In this document: piece by piece, positions 42,718-56,500 of the stretch | How positions within the stretch are numbered: position 1 is the first letter of the stretch | Layout of the letters: every line of letters starts with the position of its first letter | Assembly: GCF_000150275.1 (NCBI RefSeq) | Contig: NW_002060957.1 | Location: 537,968-601,967 of the forward strand | DNA from: Trichoplax adhaerens | Lineage: Eukaryota > Animalia > Placozoa | DNA length: 64,000 nt | Direction: 5' to 3' | The notes under the pieces: generated by a model | Told to the model about the DNA's origin: nothing | Seen by the model: the letters and a program-made list of their open reading frames with translations, nothing else | Database searches by the model: none | Made by a program: the position numbers and the translations under genes

Positions 42718-44200
42718 TAAAAGTGCAATTCGATTGAATTTCAACAAGGATCGACTTGTACACTTTGCAATATTACTCGTATAAAAAGTCAAGATTAGAA
42801 GTCAATCGCTACTTTTATCTATCGACATGATCGATCGAATTGAACATCAATACAACATGGCGAATAACGGGTAAGGTATTGGAACTGATGTATGATATTT
42901 TCACATTCATCGATCCTATGGCAATTTCAAGTTATGTAGAATTGAATATCCATCAAAGATGGCTACTATCGGGTTAAAAGTACAATTTCATTGAATTTCA
43001 ACAAGGATCGACTTGTACACTTTGCAATATTACTCGTATAAGAGTCAAGATTAGAAGTCAATCGCAGCTTTCATCTATCGACATGATGGATCGAATTGAA
43101 CATCAATACAACATGGCGAATAACGGGTAAGGTGTTAGAACTGATGTATGATATCTTCCCATTCATCAATTACATGGCAATTTCAAGTTATGCAGAACTG
43201 AATATCTATCAAAGATAGCTAATAACGGGTTAAAAGTGCAATTTGATTGAATTGCAACCAGGATTGACTTGTACACTTTGCATTATTACAGGTATAAGAG
43301 TCTCGATTAGAAGTCAATCGCTGCTTTCATCAATCGACATGATGGATCAAATTGAACATCAATACAACATGGCGAATAACGGGTAAGGTGCTGAAACTGA
43401 TGTATCGTATGGTAATTTTAAGTTACGTAGAATTGAATATCTATCAAAGATGGCTAATAACCCGTTATTAGCCATCTTGGTTAAGGTTGCAATTTGATTG
43501 AATTGCAACCAGGATTGACTTGTACACTTAGCAATATTACTCGTATAAGAGTCAAGATTAGAAGTCAATCGCTGCTTTCATCTATCGACATGATGGATCG
43601 AATGGAACATCAATACGACATGGTGAATAACGGGTAAGGTGCTGAAACTGATGTATCGTATGGTAATTTTAAGTTACGTAGAATTGAATATCTATCAAAG
43701 ATGGCTAATAACAGGTTATTAGCCATCTTGGTTAAAAGTGCAATTTGATTGAATTGCAACCAGGATTGACTTGTACACTTTGCATTATTACAGGTATAAG
43801 AGTCTCGATTAGAAGTCAATCGCTGCTTTCATCAATCGACATGATGGATCAAATTGAACATCAATACAACATGGCGAATAACGGGTAAGGTGCTGAAACT
43901 GATGTATCGTATGGTAATTTTAAGTTACGTAGAATTGAATATCTATCAAAGATGGCTAATAACGGGTTATTAGCCATCTTGGTTAAAAGTGCAATTTGAT
44001 TGAATTGCAACCAGGATTGACTTATACACTTAGCAATATTACTCGTATAAGAGTCAAGATTAGAAGTCAATCGCTGCTTTCATCTATCGACATGATGGAT
44101 CGAATTGAACATCAATACGACATGGCGAATAACGGGTAAGGTACTGAAACTGGTGTATGATATCTTTACATTCATCGATCCTATGGCCATTTCAAGTTGT
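42718..44200. repeat. Tandem array, ~6 copies of a ~251-257-bp unit
   Basis: Unit starts (AAAAGTGCAATTTGATTGAATT..) at about 42718, 42976, 43231, 43483, 43733 and 43984; three near-identical 69-aa antisense ORFs in the ORF track are spaced 251 bp apart. Confidence 0.95.
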
Positions 44201-44975
44201 GTTTCCTGTTAGTCACAATCAAGATGGAATTATCAACAATCTCTACAAGGATGTCAAGACTCAAGAAGGTAAAAATAACATCTTGACGTCATGATTCCAA
44301 TCCATGCAATATGGAGTAATCATCTGGAGAGTGCCGCCATGATTGCATAGTAACGAGTGTATTCGTCAGTCCTGATTGTGTCATCAAAGATCAAAGGCGA
44401 TCGTTGTACCAGTAAGAGTTTGGCACAATATTGGTCAATGAAGCCATAGTGAAGGCATCGCTAGACGAACGACAATACTAATGTATATATCGAAATGGAT
44501 TGAAAGAGTAGCATGACTGCGATCGTATCCAACATCAACAGTAGAAGACGAGAGCTATTTCTCTTCTCCATTTGTCCGTTGAACACAGCATCATTGATGA
44601 AGACTGGACAACTGATCTACGCCGATTTTCAGTCCTATTGGCAATGAAAATCGCCTTCAATCTAGCAATGAAATGATTGGCAATTTGGCTGCACTATCGC
44701 TTGATAATACATTGTCCCCTACAGTAGTATCGCTAGCACAACAAGCCATGTTATGTCATTGTCGATATTGTACTTTATGACGACTTACTGATTTCAAAGT
44801 AAGGCCAAATTCCACAGGTTTTGTCTCTTTTAAGCCAAAAGATAACATTGGACACCTTGGGCAAGCATCCATTGCGAAAAATCGATGAGGATACAACCAC
44901 AGAGAAGATTGGACAAGTTATCCAGGCAAAGGTAGACGAACTGAGTGAAGTTGAACAACGTAGTACAGAGAAGTG
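44200..44975 (+). pseudogene. Decayed coding-like, intronless sequence of unknown origin
   Basis: GC-richer than the flanks, with protein-like plus-strand stretches broken by stops and frameshifts (e.g. GQIPQVLSLLSQKITLDTLGKHPLRKIDEDTTTEKIGQVIQAKVDELSEVEQRSTEK-stop); no family recognised. Confidence 0.3.
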
Positions 44976-45175
44976 ACAACACCGTGGTATGACACTGGTA
45001 TACGCATCATTCGCTGCTGGACTACACTGGCCTGGTAGGGTCAACTGGACACTAGTGAGTGTACAGTACAGTGTCACCCTCCACTGCACCACTGTAGCAG
45101 TGTCACTGCTTTTGGCATTGACTGAGTCGATGCGTCATGATCGCATCCATGATGTCATCCAGGTAAAATGACCGT

Positions 45176-46160
45176 CCTTATGACTATGACATCATCAATG
45201 ATACTAAGTATAGTATGTAAAGATGCCATGCAGATAAAATGGCCCTCCTTATGACTATGAATGACATCATGAATGATACTAGTGGTAAAGGACAGTACTG
45301 TATGTAAAGTAGTGCTGTAGAGTGTAGACGTCGAGCGATTGGACGTCCAACGGACGTTCGATTTTGGACGTTCGATTTTGGACGTTCGGTATGTACGTTC
45401 GTTGTCAGATCGGACGTCGACGAACTGTACTGTACAGTGTACAGTACAGTGTATACAGTCAGTTTGTATAATCCCACCCCAATACTATACTGTACATACA
45501 GTACAGTACTGTACAGTAGTACAAACGTCTTTTACAAGACTTTGTACAGTATTTCAGAGTCATGACTACAGTATACTGTACGCTGTTACGTACAGTATAG
45601 TCTTACCGTACTGTACACTGTACAGTGTACACTATATACTGTAGTGTTAACACTGTACACTGTGTACGTTGGTACGTTCAATGAACGTCCGACGTTCAAA
45701 TTGGACGTTCGTACGTTCGTTCATTAAAACTGGCTAACGTCCACAGTACTAATGTAAAGTACAGTTATATACAGTACACACTACAGTACTTACCTCCTAT
45801 AGTACAGTACAGTACAGTACATACTGAAGATCTACAGTACGGTGTACAGTACTGTACTGTACTGTAGTTTAACTCTTTACAGTGTACAGTTTACAGTACA
45901 GCCTTTATGTACTGTACTGTACGTACGTACTGTACTGTATAAGTGTTATACGTACCTTCATCGCCTCGCCTCTGCGCAGAATCCCATAGTACATCAGTGA
46001 ACATCTACGGTGTACAGTGTACAGTACTGTACCTCTGAACATCTACGGTACAGTGTACTGTACTGTACTGTTGTTAACTCTTTACAGTGTACAGTGTACC
46101 GTACAGCCTACATGTACTGTACTTCACGTACTGTACTGTACTGTACTGTACTGTACTGCA
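45176..46160. repeat. Low-complexity TACAG/CTGTA pentanucleotide-rich region with GGACGTTCG clusters and short direct duplications
   Basis: Runs such as (AGTAC)n and (CTGTA)n; GGACGTTCG repeats at 45341-45420 and 45665-45745; duplicated blocks 45825-45940 vs 46035-46160. Confidence 0.85.
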
Positions 46161-46501
46161 GAGTGCACATTGGGCATTCACAAGTCACAACATGATGGAG
46201 AATTGGACGATCAGAGCGGCTTGCTGAATTGAAATCTTACATCTGCAATAACAAATTAATATTGGGCCAAAAATCTTCCGTAGTGGGAGGCGCTTGCAAT
46301 TGCCTAAGCCTTTCTTACAAGCCTGCTACCTTGAACGTGTCCCACTGGACCTGAACCCGCAACGATCATTCGTGCAACCGTTGCCACAGTAACATTCAGC
46401 GAATCTACTGTACAGATTGCAAATTCATTCATACTGAACATTGATTGTAATTAATTACTGGCCAAGTGGGCAGAGAGGATTTAGCAGAGGTGCTGTGACA
46501 A

Positions 46502-48751
46502 ATGTCTGGATTTCACCATGGCTATTCTATCTGGAGTTTATTTTCCATGTTTTATTGTGTTCTGCTCGCATCCTGTTTAGTGGTGGTATCAGCACAACCT
46601 GGCGATGCAAGGAGAACAAGCCAACATCCGTGGTCTTACAAATCCAAAATTAATTGCAGCCCTGGCCATTATCCACCAGATTATTGTACATTAACCAAGG
46701 CTTATTTTCATCATTCTGATCGCATTTTCTATCTCAATACCACTCATTCAATTCCTAATCCTGCATGGAGTACCCAATTGTGGACGACTAAAACGGTCAA
46801 TATCAAATCCGATATTCAATGCCATCACCTTTACCATAAAGCTTTTATATTTACATTTTTTTTCTATTATGGTCATTCCAACAATTTCCATCTTCATTAT
46901 GACACCTTAATACCCATTTACAGCCAGTTGAGATTTATTGAAAGTAGCAATCAACTGCCTTTAAGCAATCAATCAATTGTCTTAATGCCAACAGTGGAAA
47001 AAAAACGAATGGAAGTACGTCTTTAATTTAAATTTGTATTCTATGTGAACAGTATCGAATCGATAGCATGTGATTCCTATTATGATATCTAAGATAGACG
47101 GATATAGAATAGAATAAATTAATCGGTACAGTATTCCTTTAATGCATTAATCATGCACACATGAGAATAGGCTACATAAGCCATTCTTGATATCTTATAA
47201 AAACTCATTCAGTATAAAATGCAATGACCTTGCTTTGATACTTTGACTCAATTGAGTGGCACAGCTGCCATGCGCTTGCATTGTTATGTAGTCATTCTGG
47301 GACTGTGTTTTAAATCCATATCCATACAATTCTAACCCTAAAAATCCCTGATTCTATTGGTGTAGATTCTAGATTGGGACACCGATGCTTTCACAAGTAC
47401 TTATAAAGATAGCTATTTTATGGAAGCGCTGAAGGTTGGCTAATTCATAGTTGAAAGTGGATAAAATGATAGAAAATCAATTGATACTTTGACTGTTCTA
47501 CTCAATACTGTTGCAGTGATTAGTGATACACGTATATTGGTACGACATGCTAGGGATATGAATGATTAATTATTATTGTTTACTATGGTTAAAGCTAAAT
47601 TTGCTAATTAATCGTTATCAAGGATTAAAATGACTTGCTTCCAATACAAAGGTATTAACTGGTCCTCATGCCTTCTTACCCATGTCAAAAGCTTCATTTA
47701 ATCAGTACCCTAACGCTAAAACGTGCTTTGAAGAAGCAAAACTAGGAGTGAGTACAGTATAGTAATATAATGAACTTACAGGAAACTCTTGTTATTTGAT
47801 TCGTTTCAAAATTTCTTCACTGTGATAGGTATAGTTGAGGCTTACTTCACTGTCATTCTACAACTGACAATTTACAGTATATAATCTGTATGATATTGAT
47901 CTTACTCAGAAATGTTTGAGAATGATTAGTATTTAAACTCATATGTTGATACTCTCTTTAGACTCCTAGAGTTGAATTTACTGATAAAAAACTCATTCGA
48001 GGATATATAAGCTTTATTCTTAGGAGGTTACGTATAAAAAAAACTACACCTAAGGCTGCTCGAATAGCTTTAATTAAGCGGTAAGTCTTGAAGAGCTAAA
48101 ATGAAGGGCATGCTTGAGTTTCTAGTATTAATCAGTCTTCGAGTATTATATTTGTAATGTAATAAAATCTTAGTTTTAAAAACACACAATGCTATTCTTA
48201 GAACCAATCGCCGATTAATTCTAAATCAAGATGAACTCATCAATTCTGTTAAAAGCTTGGCTAATATCGAGCTAGTCGATTTTAATGGAATGACATTTAA
48301 GCAGCAGGTAATACAAATTAGTCAATCTCAGAGTACAGTTATTTATTATTCATTGCAATAAATTGTATCAGACTTTCATAGTTGACATTAAATTTGCATG
48401 TACTGAAATATCCAGGTAAAATTGATGCGGAAATATTCGGTGCTGATTGGTATGAACGGAGCTGGTCTAATGAATGGTTTATTTTTGCCAAAAGGTGCTG
48501 TAAACATTCAGCTTGTACCATACAAAGCTCAACTTAACTTCAAGGAATTTGGCTCATTGCTTAGCGTTCGAGGTCCTTACTTAGAGTGGCATAATCAACA
48601 CGAACATTTGAATCATGATGTTCCTGGTGATAATTATCACGGCCAAGCAGATACTATAGTTAAAGTGGATGAATTTGTAGAACTTATAAAAAAAGCGTTA
48701 AATACAGGTCTTAACGCTAAATTGCAAAAACGAGTAAAGACGGAACTATGA
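46502..48751 (+). CDS. Glycosyltransferase family 61 protein (EOGT/POMGNT2-like) with signal peptide and C-terminal KTEL
   Basis: Exons 46502-47014, 47366-47434, 47652-47747, 47962-48080, 48202-48307, 48416-48751 splice in frame; motifs NNFHLHYDTLIPIY, TCFEEAKLG, LIKRTNRRLILNQDEL, MTFKQQVKLMRKYSVLIGMNGAGLMNGLFLPKGAVNIQLVPY, Y.EWHN, ADT.V.VDEF. Confidence 0.88.
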
Positions 48752-50554
48752 TAATACAAGTAATTTCCTACAATTTGGTCGAGAGCTATAACATCTTCTC
48801 GTGTTATATGTATTTGTACGTCTTTAGACTGATAAACTAAAATACTGTGGATGTATATATAATACACATATACACGACATCTCATGAAGTGTACAAATAG
48901 ATAGTGTTAAAATGTTCAAGTAGAGCAGCCGTTAATCCTCTTTGTAATTCAGTTGTAATTTTAAGTTGTATAAATTGTGTGCTTTCATACTTAAAACTTG
49001 AATAAATCTCATTTATCTTAAAATTTACGCGAACGTAATAAATAATCTTATATAGCAATTACCTGCTTGTGCCAAAAATTTTATCGGCATTTTTCTATAT
49101 CGATCTGGATTATATTTACTACAAAATTATTATTCTTTTGATGGGAATTCGAGATACTGAACTTGATTTACGGGTTTATGAATGGATTGTTGTCAGTTAC
49201 TCTCTAAGTAAGTAATGCGGATAAATTTTTTCATACTATCAAATCCTCATTTATTCACGAAATGCACAACATCGACATTGCCATCTGCATAGTATAACAT
49301 ATTAAATCTATGAGGCCCTGCTTAATATAGGACAGTGATAGAACGATGCTATCGCAAATAAATTTTGCGTTACGAAAGACTTTTACTTTAAAGAGTCTCC
49401 ATCGGTACGGATTAAAAGTACAGTCTAATTTTATAAAATTTACCGTCTTAGTATTAAATTAATCAATTTCTAATCATAATTTAGCAAATATTAAGTTATG
49501 TAAGATATTTCATCGGAACATATAGATATAAATAAAGTGTTAAGTTTAATTCTACTATAAATGCAATAAAACCTGCTTATAAAAACGTCAAATCGAAACT
49601 TTAATCTAGAATATTAGTACACGTGAATTCTTAATTACTGAAATAAAAAAGTGTTATAGTTGCACTAGTTAGTGTAAGAATTCTTACTTAGCATTTGGAT
49701 AGATTGATTTAAATTTTCCTTTGAATAAGTATGTTTGAAAATTATTCTTAGGTTGTTCATAATTACGGCAGATGGCCTTGGCTATTGGTCCTTCAGCAAT
49801 ATTAGTATCATCAAAAACTGTTTGATATATAACTGCCACTTCACGCTACTAATCATATAGTAAATCTTGCAATCAGTAAAACATACTTTTAGTGTATTTA
49901 GTCGAACTTTATTTTCTAATACAAACATTATATAAAACGTAATTGAAAGAATGTCGCTCTGTAAGTCAAATTCGTATTTTAAGAAATAAAAAATAGAAAT
50001 GAATACTTTTAACGTTATTACACTTACTGCAGCTTGACATAGTTTAAACCATGCGTTTATTCCTAGTCATAAAGCCCTTAGACTTGAGAGCTAACAGTAA
50101 CTTGCGAAGCTAAATTGAATACGTTCGAGATTAATGCAGATAAAGCCGTATTTGTCTACCGTCAAAGTTTAGCAAATGCTGATTTTAGGGATAAATTTAT
50201 AATTTAAAATAGCTTAAAAGTATCCTAATGCTGTTATTAGAAGTGTAATCTTAAGTTTATAAATCTATATTCGCCGCGTCGATAAGTTGAAAAAATTTAA
50301 GCGAAAATAGATATCGTAAGACAGTTAACAAGACTTACAAGTTAGCGTAAAAATACTGATAGGATACAAAAATCAAAATGATTCATTTTTCGTTAGAAAT
50401 AATCGATTTAAAAAAAGTGCTATACATTGGAAGATACTTTACCGTTTAATTTGAATTTCTGTCCTTGCATTTCATGATGTTTGAGGACCACCGATATTGA
50501 GCTTTTTAGTGGTTGGCATATAGCAAAATGTCAGTGCATCTAGGTCGGATTTGA

Positions 50555-53500
50555 TTATTTACTACCGGGTTCAGTAATTAATTTGATGACAGTAAACATT
50601 TCCAATCCAACAGTAATAAATGCGGACTGGTCACTATTCCATTTTATAGCCTTAATATCATACGAAGGGAATGGTAACTCGTACAGAAATTGCAGAGATT
50701 TTGCATCATAGATGCAAATTTTTAGTTTTTTCTCTTCAAAGTTGTCATCAAATACTAAGAAAAATCGATCCGACCATAAATTTTGCACATTGAAATAATT
50801 ACATCTCTTAATCAAAATCACTTTGTCCTTGTAGCCTTTCTTAAAAACTTTCTTTTTTACATCGAAGCACTACAGATGAATAAATATTCATGATTACAGC
50901 AAAGTACCAGTGGAAAAAGGTTTTCTAATTTTTTTATGCATCGTCTTACGTACCGTGACATGGTCTCCCTTTTTGACTAGAAAATAGGCGTTATAACGAA
51001 GATCAAGACAATCCACCTGATATTATTAAATTACCAAACAAACCAATATTACAATGAATAATATTAGATTTATTCTTACTTAAAATAGTAATGGGGTTAG
51101 TAAACGAAGGAATTGATTCATATCAGTACGAGACTTGCCATAGTATTTCCATCATTCTCCCCCCACTTTTCAAATATTTCCTCATTTTTCTCGAAATTAG
51201 GATATAAAAATTCAACCTCGGGATCAGATGTTAATGGATCATCTGGTAGAATTATTCTACCACACAAACCAAGGTCTTCATCGTATTGAAATGCTTCTGT
51301 ATATTCTGTTTCCTTCGTTTCATCACCTATTTTATACCGCTGTATAATCAAAAATATTTTACTTGAGGGTACTTAATTGACATAAAATATTGAGCATTGC
51401 ATTGATCATACTTTAAATCAATGATAAAGAGCAATTAGCTGTATAAATATATCAGTATTTTGACTGCTTTCATGATAACATTATATGCATATATAGTCTT
51501 TTCAGGAATTACCGCTACTATCAAGTCCTCGGGTCGTTCTTCCATGCAAGTTACCAGATAGGAATCGTCGCAATAACTGACAGTAATATTATAGCAAATG
51601 TCTTCATCGACGAAGATATTCGTATGTCCATTATGGTAATTTATGGTTATTACCATAAGTTGTTTTTCGGTCTCAAAATCGAGAGAATCATCAGTAGAAG
51701 GTTCAAGCTAAGGTTAGTAAAAGGAGAACACAGATAATTATGCTTTAATATCATGTCTATAATTACTAAAATGAATTGATGATTAAGATCAACTTAAGTA
51801 GTCCTCTAAGTTTTTTTTAACAAATAATGCATTCGGACGTCATTAACATAGCCGTATCATGAGACATTACGTACCATAATATAGGGTTCATAATTACCTT
51901 TGCTATAACTACAAATATTAACGTTTCATCGCGCTTTCTATATCTTGCCTCCATAACGAACACAGATTTAATTTTGTCAGGTATTCTAAAACGGTACTGG
52001 ACCTTCTTCTGGTTGTTTGGAATGGTATGCTTGTTTAATATGTCGATCAACTAAATATATAAATATAATTATGAATGCAATAAGCACATTATTAAAACTG
52101 ATATACCAATATAGTTATGCGAATCTAATTTACAATTATCTACGCTTAGAGAAGGCTAAATTTATCTATGTATCCGAAGTTACAGAATCCTTTCTAGTGC
52201 AGGCTTATGTAATGAATACGATTTTAGCCCATAATGTTCACAATTCGCTATCGCCAAATTTGAGTTGTCAAAATATCATCTTATCAACCATAATCCATGA
52301 TTGCTTATAAAGAACAGTCAAATCTTCTACATCACTTAATACTTTATTTCATATTAATATCAAATTTTCAAAATAAGTAACTGCTGTAACTCGTTACAAT
52401 CACTATAGTTACTTAAAGTGCGAATATTTCTATTCCATTACACGTATATTATCACATTTTATAATTTAGTTTTTATTTAAATAACTTTAGGATCTACTGT
52501 ATATTTTTTTATCATCAATGCATATTGAAATTGGCCATTACCTCAGTAATTAAAAGATGATCATGGATCACTAAATCTTCTCCATAGCAATCGACATGAT
52601 TACATTCACATCTTCCAAATAGAAAAACTGATGGGAAATCATCGCATATTGCACATGCATAATATTCTTGATCCAAATCATGACATGATATTGTTGATAA
52701 TGTCTCTCCTTGATAAATCTAAAGTAAAGAATTGGATAAAAAAATTGATAGATTAGTAAAACGGTTAAAATAATATTATAAGCAGTCAACATTAATCTCT
52801 TACCTTTAGCTGATATTTGTTGAAATCCTCATTAATTTCGGTTTCGATTAAGTGCGTAGCAAAGGGAATATTGTTAGCAAATGCTATATTTGCCTGGCAA
52901 TATTTATGGTAAACTTTTCGTTCTAAATAGCTTCTGTAAGAATCGTTACATAAATTTTGGTGAGCTTCTCTGGTCCGCCATGGTTGATTTTCAGCTATGA
53001 TAAAATTTCAAATCATATATGCATAAAAGTCGTCAATATTGATAAAAAATAACTAATAACTGCTGCATGTTTGCTCAAAAATAATGATAAGCTTACTGTC
53101 TAGATTATATTCGTATAAGGATAAATAATTGGATAAGCAGATTGGAAGAGTTCCATAAGCAAGCACATGATGAGTTCCGGGTATAAACATTTTCTCATGC
53201 AAGACATTAGGTGTTGTGATCTTCAAATATGATTCGATTTCGCCATTTGTAACATTAATTATCCACATCTGCAAGGATAAAATATTTATGTCATTAAGTA
53301 CAGTATAGCAAATCAAAATGATCATATAACTGAGATCGTAAATTATATTATGAATTGTGTAGCAGCATGCTTACTGAGTCTTCGGTCATGCTAATTCCTA
53401 GGTAATGATGATCGCTTGAGCTAATGATTTTTCTTATATTTCTAGATGACATACGTTTACCTTCAAATAGAAGCTTACAATGCTTAACTAGCTCTTGACT

Positions 53501-56500
53501 TGAACTAGTATTCTCATTTGTTAATTTTACAAGCGCCAAATTTTCTTTATAGGCTAAGATTATCCATGTATCATCATCACCTCCAGGTAGTACGATTTGT
53601 AAAGATTGACCATGTTCAAATTTAGAAGATATTTGGAGAAAATTTTCTGAGAGATAAACCCAATCAGGTACCTGAAATAGCCATAGGCATTGCCATGTTT
53701 CTACATCCCAAATCTATTTCGTCGTCAATATAATATTATTTTTAAAGATTTGGCGGGATTTATTTTAACAACTCCTATTTCATATACTTTCTTAAATATT
53801 CAGGAAATTTATTTATTTCGGTACTAACTTCTATTTGGCATTCATTTCTCCATTCCATGGCTTTACGCTTATTGCTAGAATCATATTCATAATTTTTAAA
53901 CCATAATAAAAGTTTCAAGCCATTTCTAATAAATTGGCATGATTGTATCTCGTTTGTATAAGAATTTTGCTTATTCATCGCTTGAATTTGATTATCGCGA
54001 ATCTGCCAGATCTGTAATATAGCATAAATAATTCCTGGTATCGTCTATTTTATTTGATAAAATTAATAAGTAATTTTAGCCCTTGCTACTTATATTCAGG
54101 ATGTATCTCTGACCTTAACGGTTTTCTTATCCATGGATTGCGTCATAATAATACAATCATTGCCCGGGTGAAAGTCTAAATTTCGAAATGATAAGCTCGA
54201 TTCGGTAGCCTCATTATCGTCCATAAAGGAAAGTTGCTGTTTGGTATCAACGTTATAGATGATCCAGTTCCAATCGGATGTCTATCATTAAATATGAGCT
54301 CAACGTTATATACCAAAATATTGATATTTGGCCAGCAATATAGTAATAATAGTATGTTTAAAATTAGATTTATTAGCTTTTGCAGAGGATCAAGTAGATC
54401 AACTGTAGATGAAAGAATACTAACTAAAACACTCCGAGAGCATCAGAAATCTATTAGCACGATAAATGACGATAATGAAATTTAATATGGTCAATTCCAA
54501 CATGCTCATACTTAATTCGTCATATATTATTACGCAAATTAAAAGCTTAAAATAAATAATCGTGTACTGAGACTTCAAATTTATAACAATTAGTTTAACT
54601 TGATTTGCAAAGCTAGTTTATGCTTATTTTGAACAAAAACTAATGAAAGCAATGTTTAAAGAATAACGATATTCGCCAAAACTGAAAAATTTAATTTTAA
54701 TTAAATGTAAAAGAATGAATCTATCTACAGGGTAATTCAATTTGAGTAGCATATTGCATTCTTAACATTGGTTTACAAATCACCTGAACATCAGCGTAGG
54801 CATAAGCTATCAAAGATCCATTTGCAGAAATTTTTGTACTTTGAATTGCATGATTAGCGGGAGTTATTTCAAGAATAATTTTCGAAGAAAGATAGTGGCG
54901 GACCTGTATGAGCGCATGCTTTTATATACTTCGTCAAATTTAACATTTTATTCATGTACAAATAATACAGATAGGCAAACTAAAATCAGATAGAAATTGG
55001 CTTTTTAATTAGTTCATTTTTGGTTCTAAAACTGCCTACCGTAATGGAATATTGTTTTAAATCAATCGTGTTGGCATGGACAATCCTTAAATCACCATAT
55101 TTTGGACTAGAGCAGTTGATAATGTCCCGAGTATTGCTACTGTCAATAATAGATCTATGTCCAGTATGAATTATTTTTCGATCTATCCATTTACAGTCTG
55201 TCTGCTTGATTTCATTGTTATTACTAGAAGTGGGTTATGCAAAGATGGGATTAATTATTTATTAATTGACACTATTCCATATTCGAATTACTTTAATTTA
55301 CATGCAAATAGGATACAGCGTAATAAACATAGCTTACCCAGTAATTTTCCACCCTGTGGCTTTCCAATAATCATTATCTTGATTTTTCCCATTTAGTTCA
55401 GCTAACTTCATGGCTTGTTTGTTAATCCAGTTGTCTTTTCTGTTGCTTATTAGTAAAAATTGTACTATATCCATTGTCTTAATATGCAAGTAAGGTGCAT
55501 TTGTATTTAGTAACTGGTACAATTCTTGAATATTGAACCATTTCTAGACGAGCAGAAATTATCGACGAAATTAATTATTTGTAAAGCAGGCCTATCACTC
55601 TCATATAGTTCTGATGCAATCTATTTAAATTAACCAGAGAGGTTATTTAATAGATCTAACAGTAAAAACTGAAATTTGATTATATCAATTATAAGATTGA
55701 CTGTACGTAGCAAATTAAGCAAGTGGTTTATCGGTGTGATAGAGTGGAAGGGGAGCAACAACTCTAAGCTGTATTTCGAGTAGTGAGGTTGCTGACAGTA
55801 ACTATAAATGCGAAATTATCGAATTTATGCATTCTTGTTTTCTGGCAAAGAATGATTTAACTTTAAGAATTACATTTGAAGAACGATTAATAATTTTAGT
55901 ATTGATTGCATACTAGCTAATGCATTTTAGATATTAAAGAAACGTTTAGAATAAATTTAGAGTAAACAAAAAAGGTATGTCGGTAATGAATTTAATAGAA
56001 GTCATATCGTTATAGATAATCATAGAACAGTGATGTCCTTTAAATATCCTGTAATCGATCAATTTGCAACAGAAGATCCTGTAATATTACTGAAACTTCA
56101 GTGCAAAGTTGATGGTGTAAAGATTACGTTTATTTATAATCTCTACATTTTAGTCATGTAATTATACTCTAAAGTAGTTGATGTATTTACTATATTTAAA
56201 TGCCCAAAATATATAAACAAGTTAAGTGTAGTACCTCTATTTCTCCATTAAAATAAAAATAATCCAAGCATTTTTGAAGATCTGAATAAAGTTCCTTGGC
56301 CAATTTACACGACCTAAGTTTATTGGTTATCCAATCAAAATCACGAACAATTTCCTCTAAAGACACTACATCTTCTGCTTGCACAACATGAAATATAAGA
56401 TATTGATAGAAATAGCCGTCATCCGGATGCGTAAACCACTTCCTTTCACATCGATGAGCATAACCATGGATTAGTGCTTGATTGAGTATTTTATTATAAT

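Noticed and set aside
42718-44200. CRISPR-like array or a family of three 69-aa genes
   Set aside because: Whole ~251-bp units repeat with no unique spacers, the context is eukaryotic, and the ORFs are by-products of the repeat.
45184-46232. C/T/V/Y-rich ORFs on both strands
   Set aside because: These are translations of TACAG/CTGTA simple repeats.
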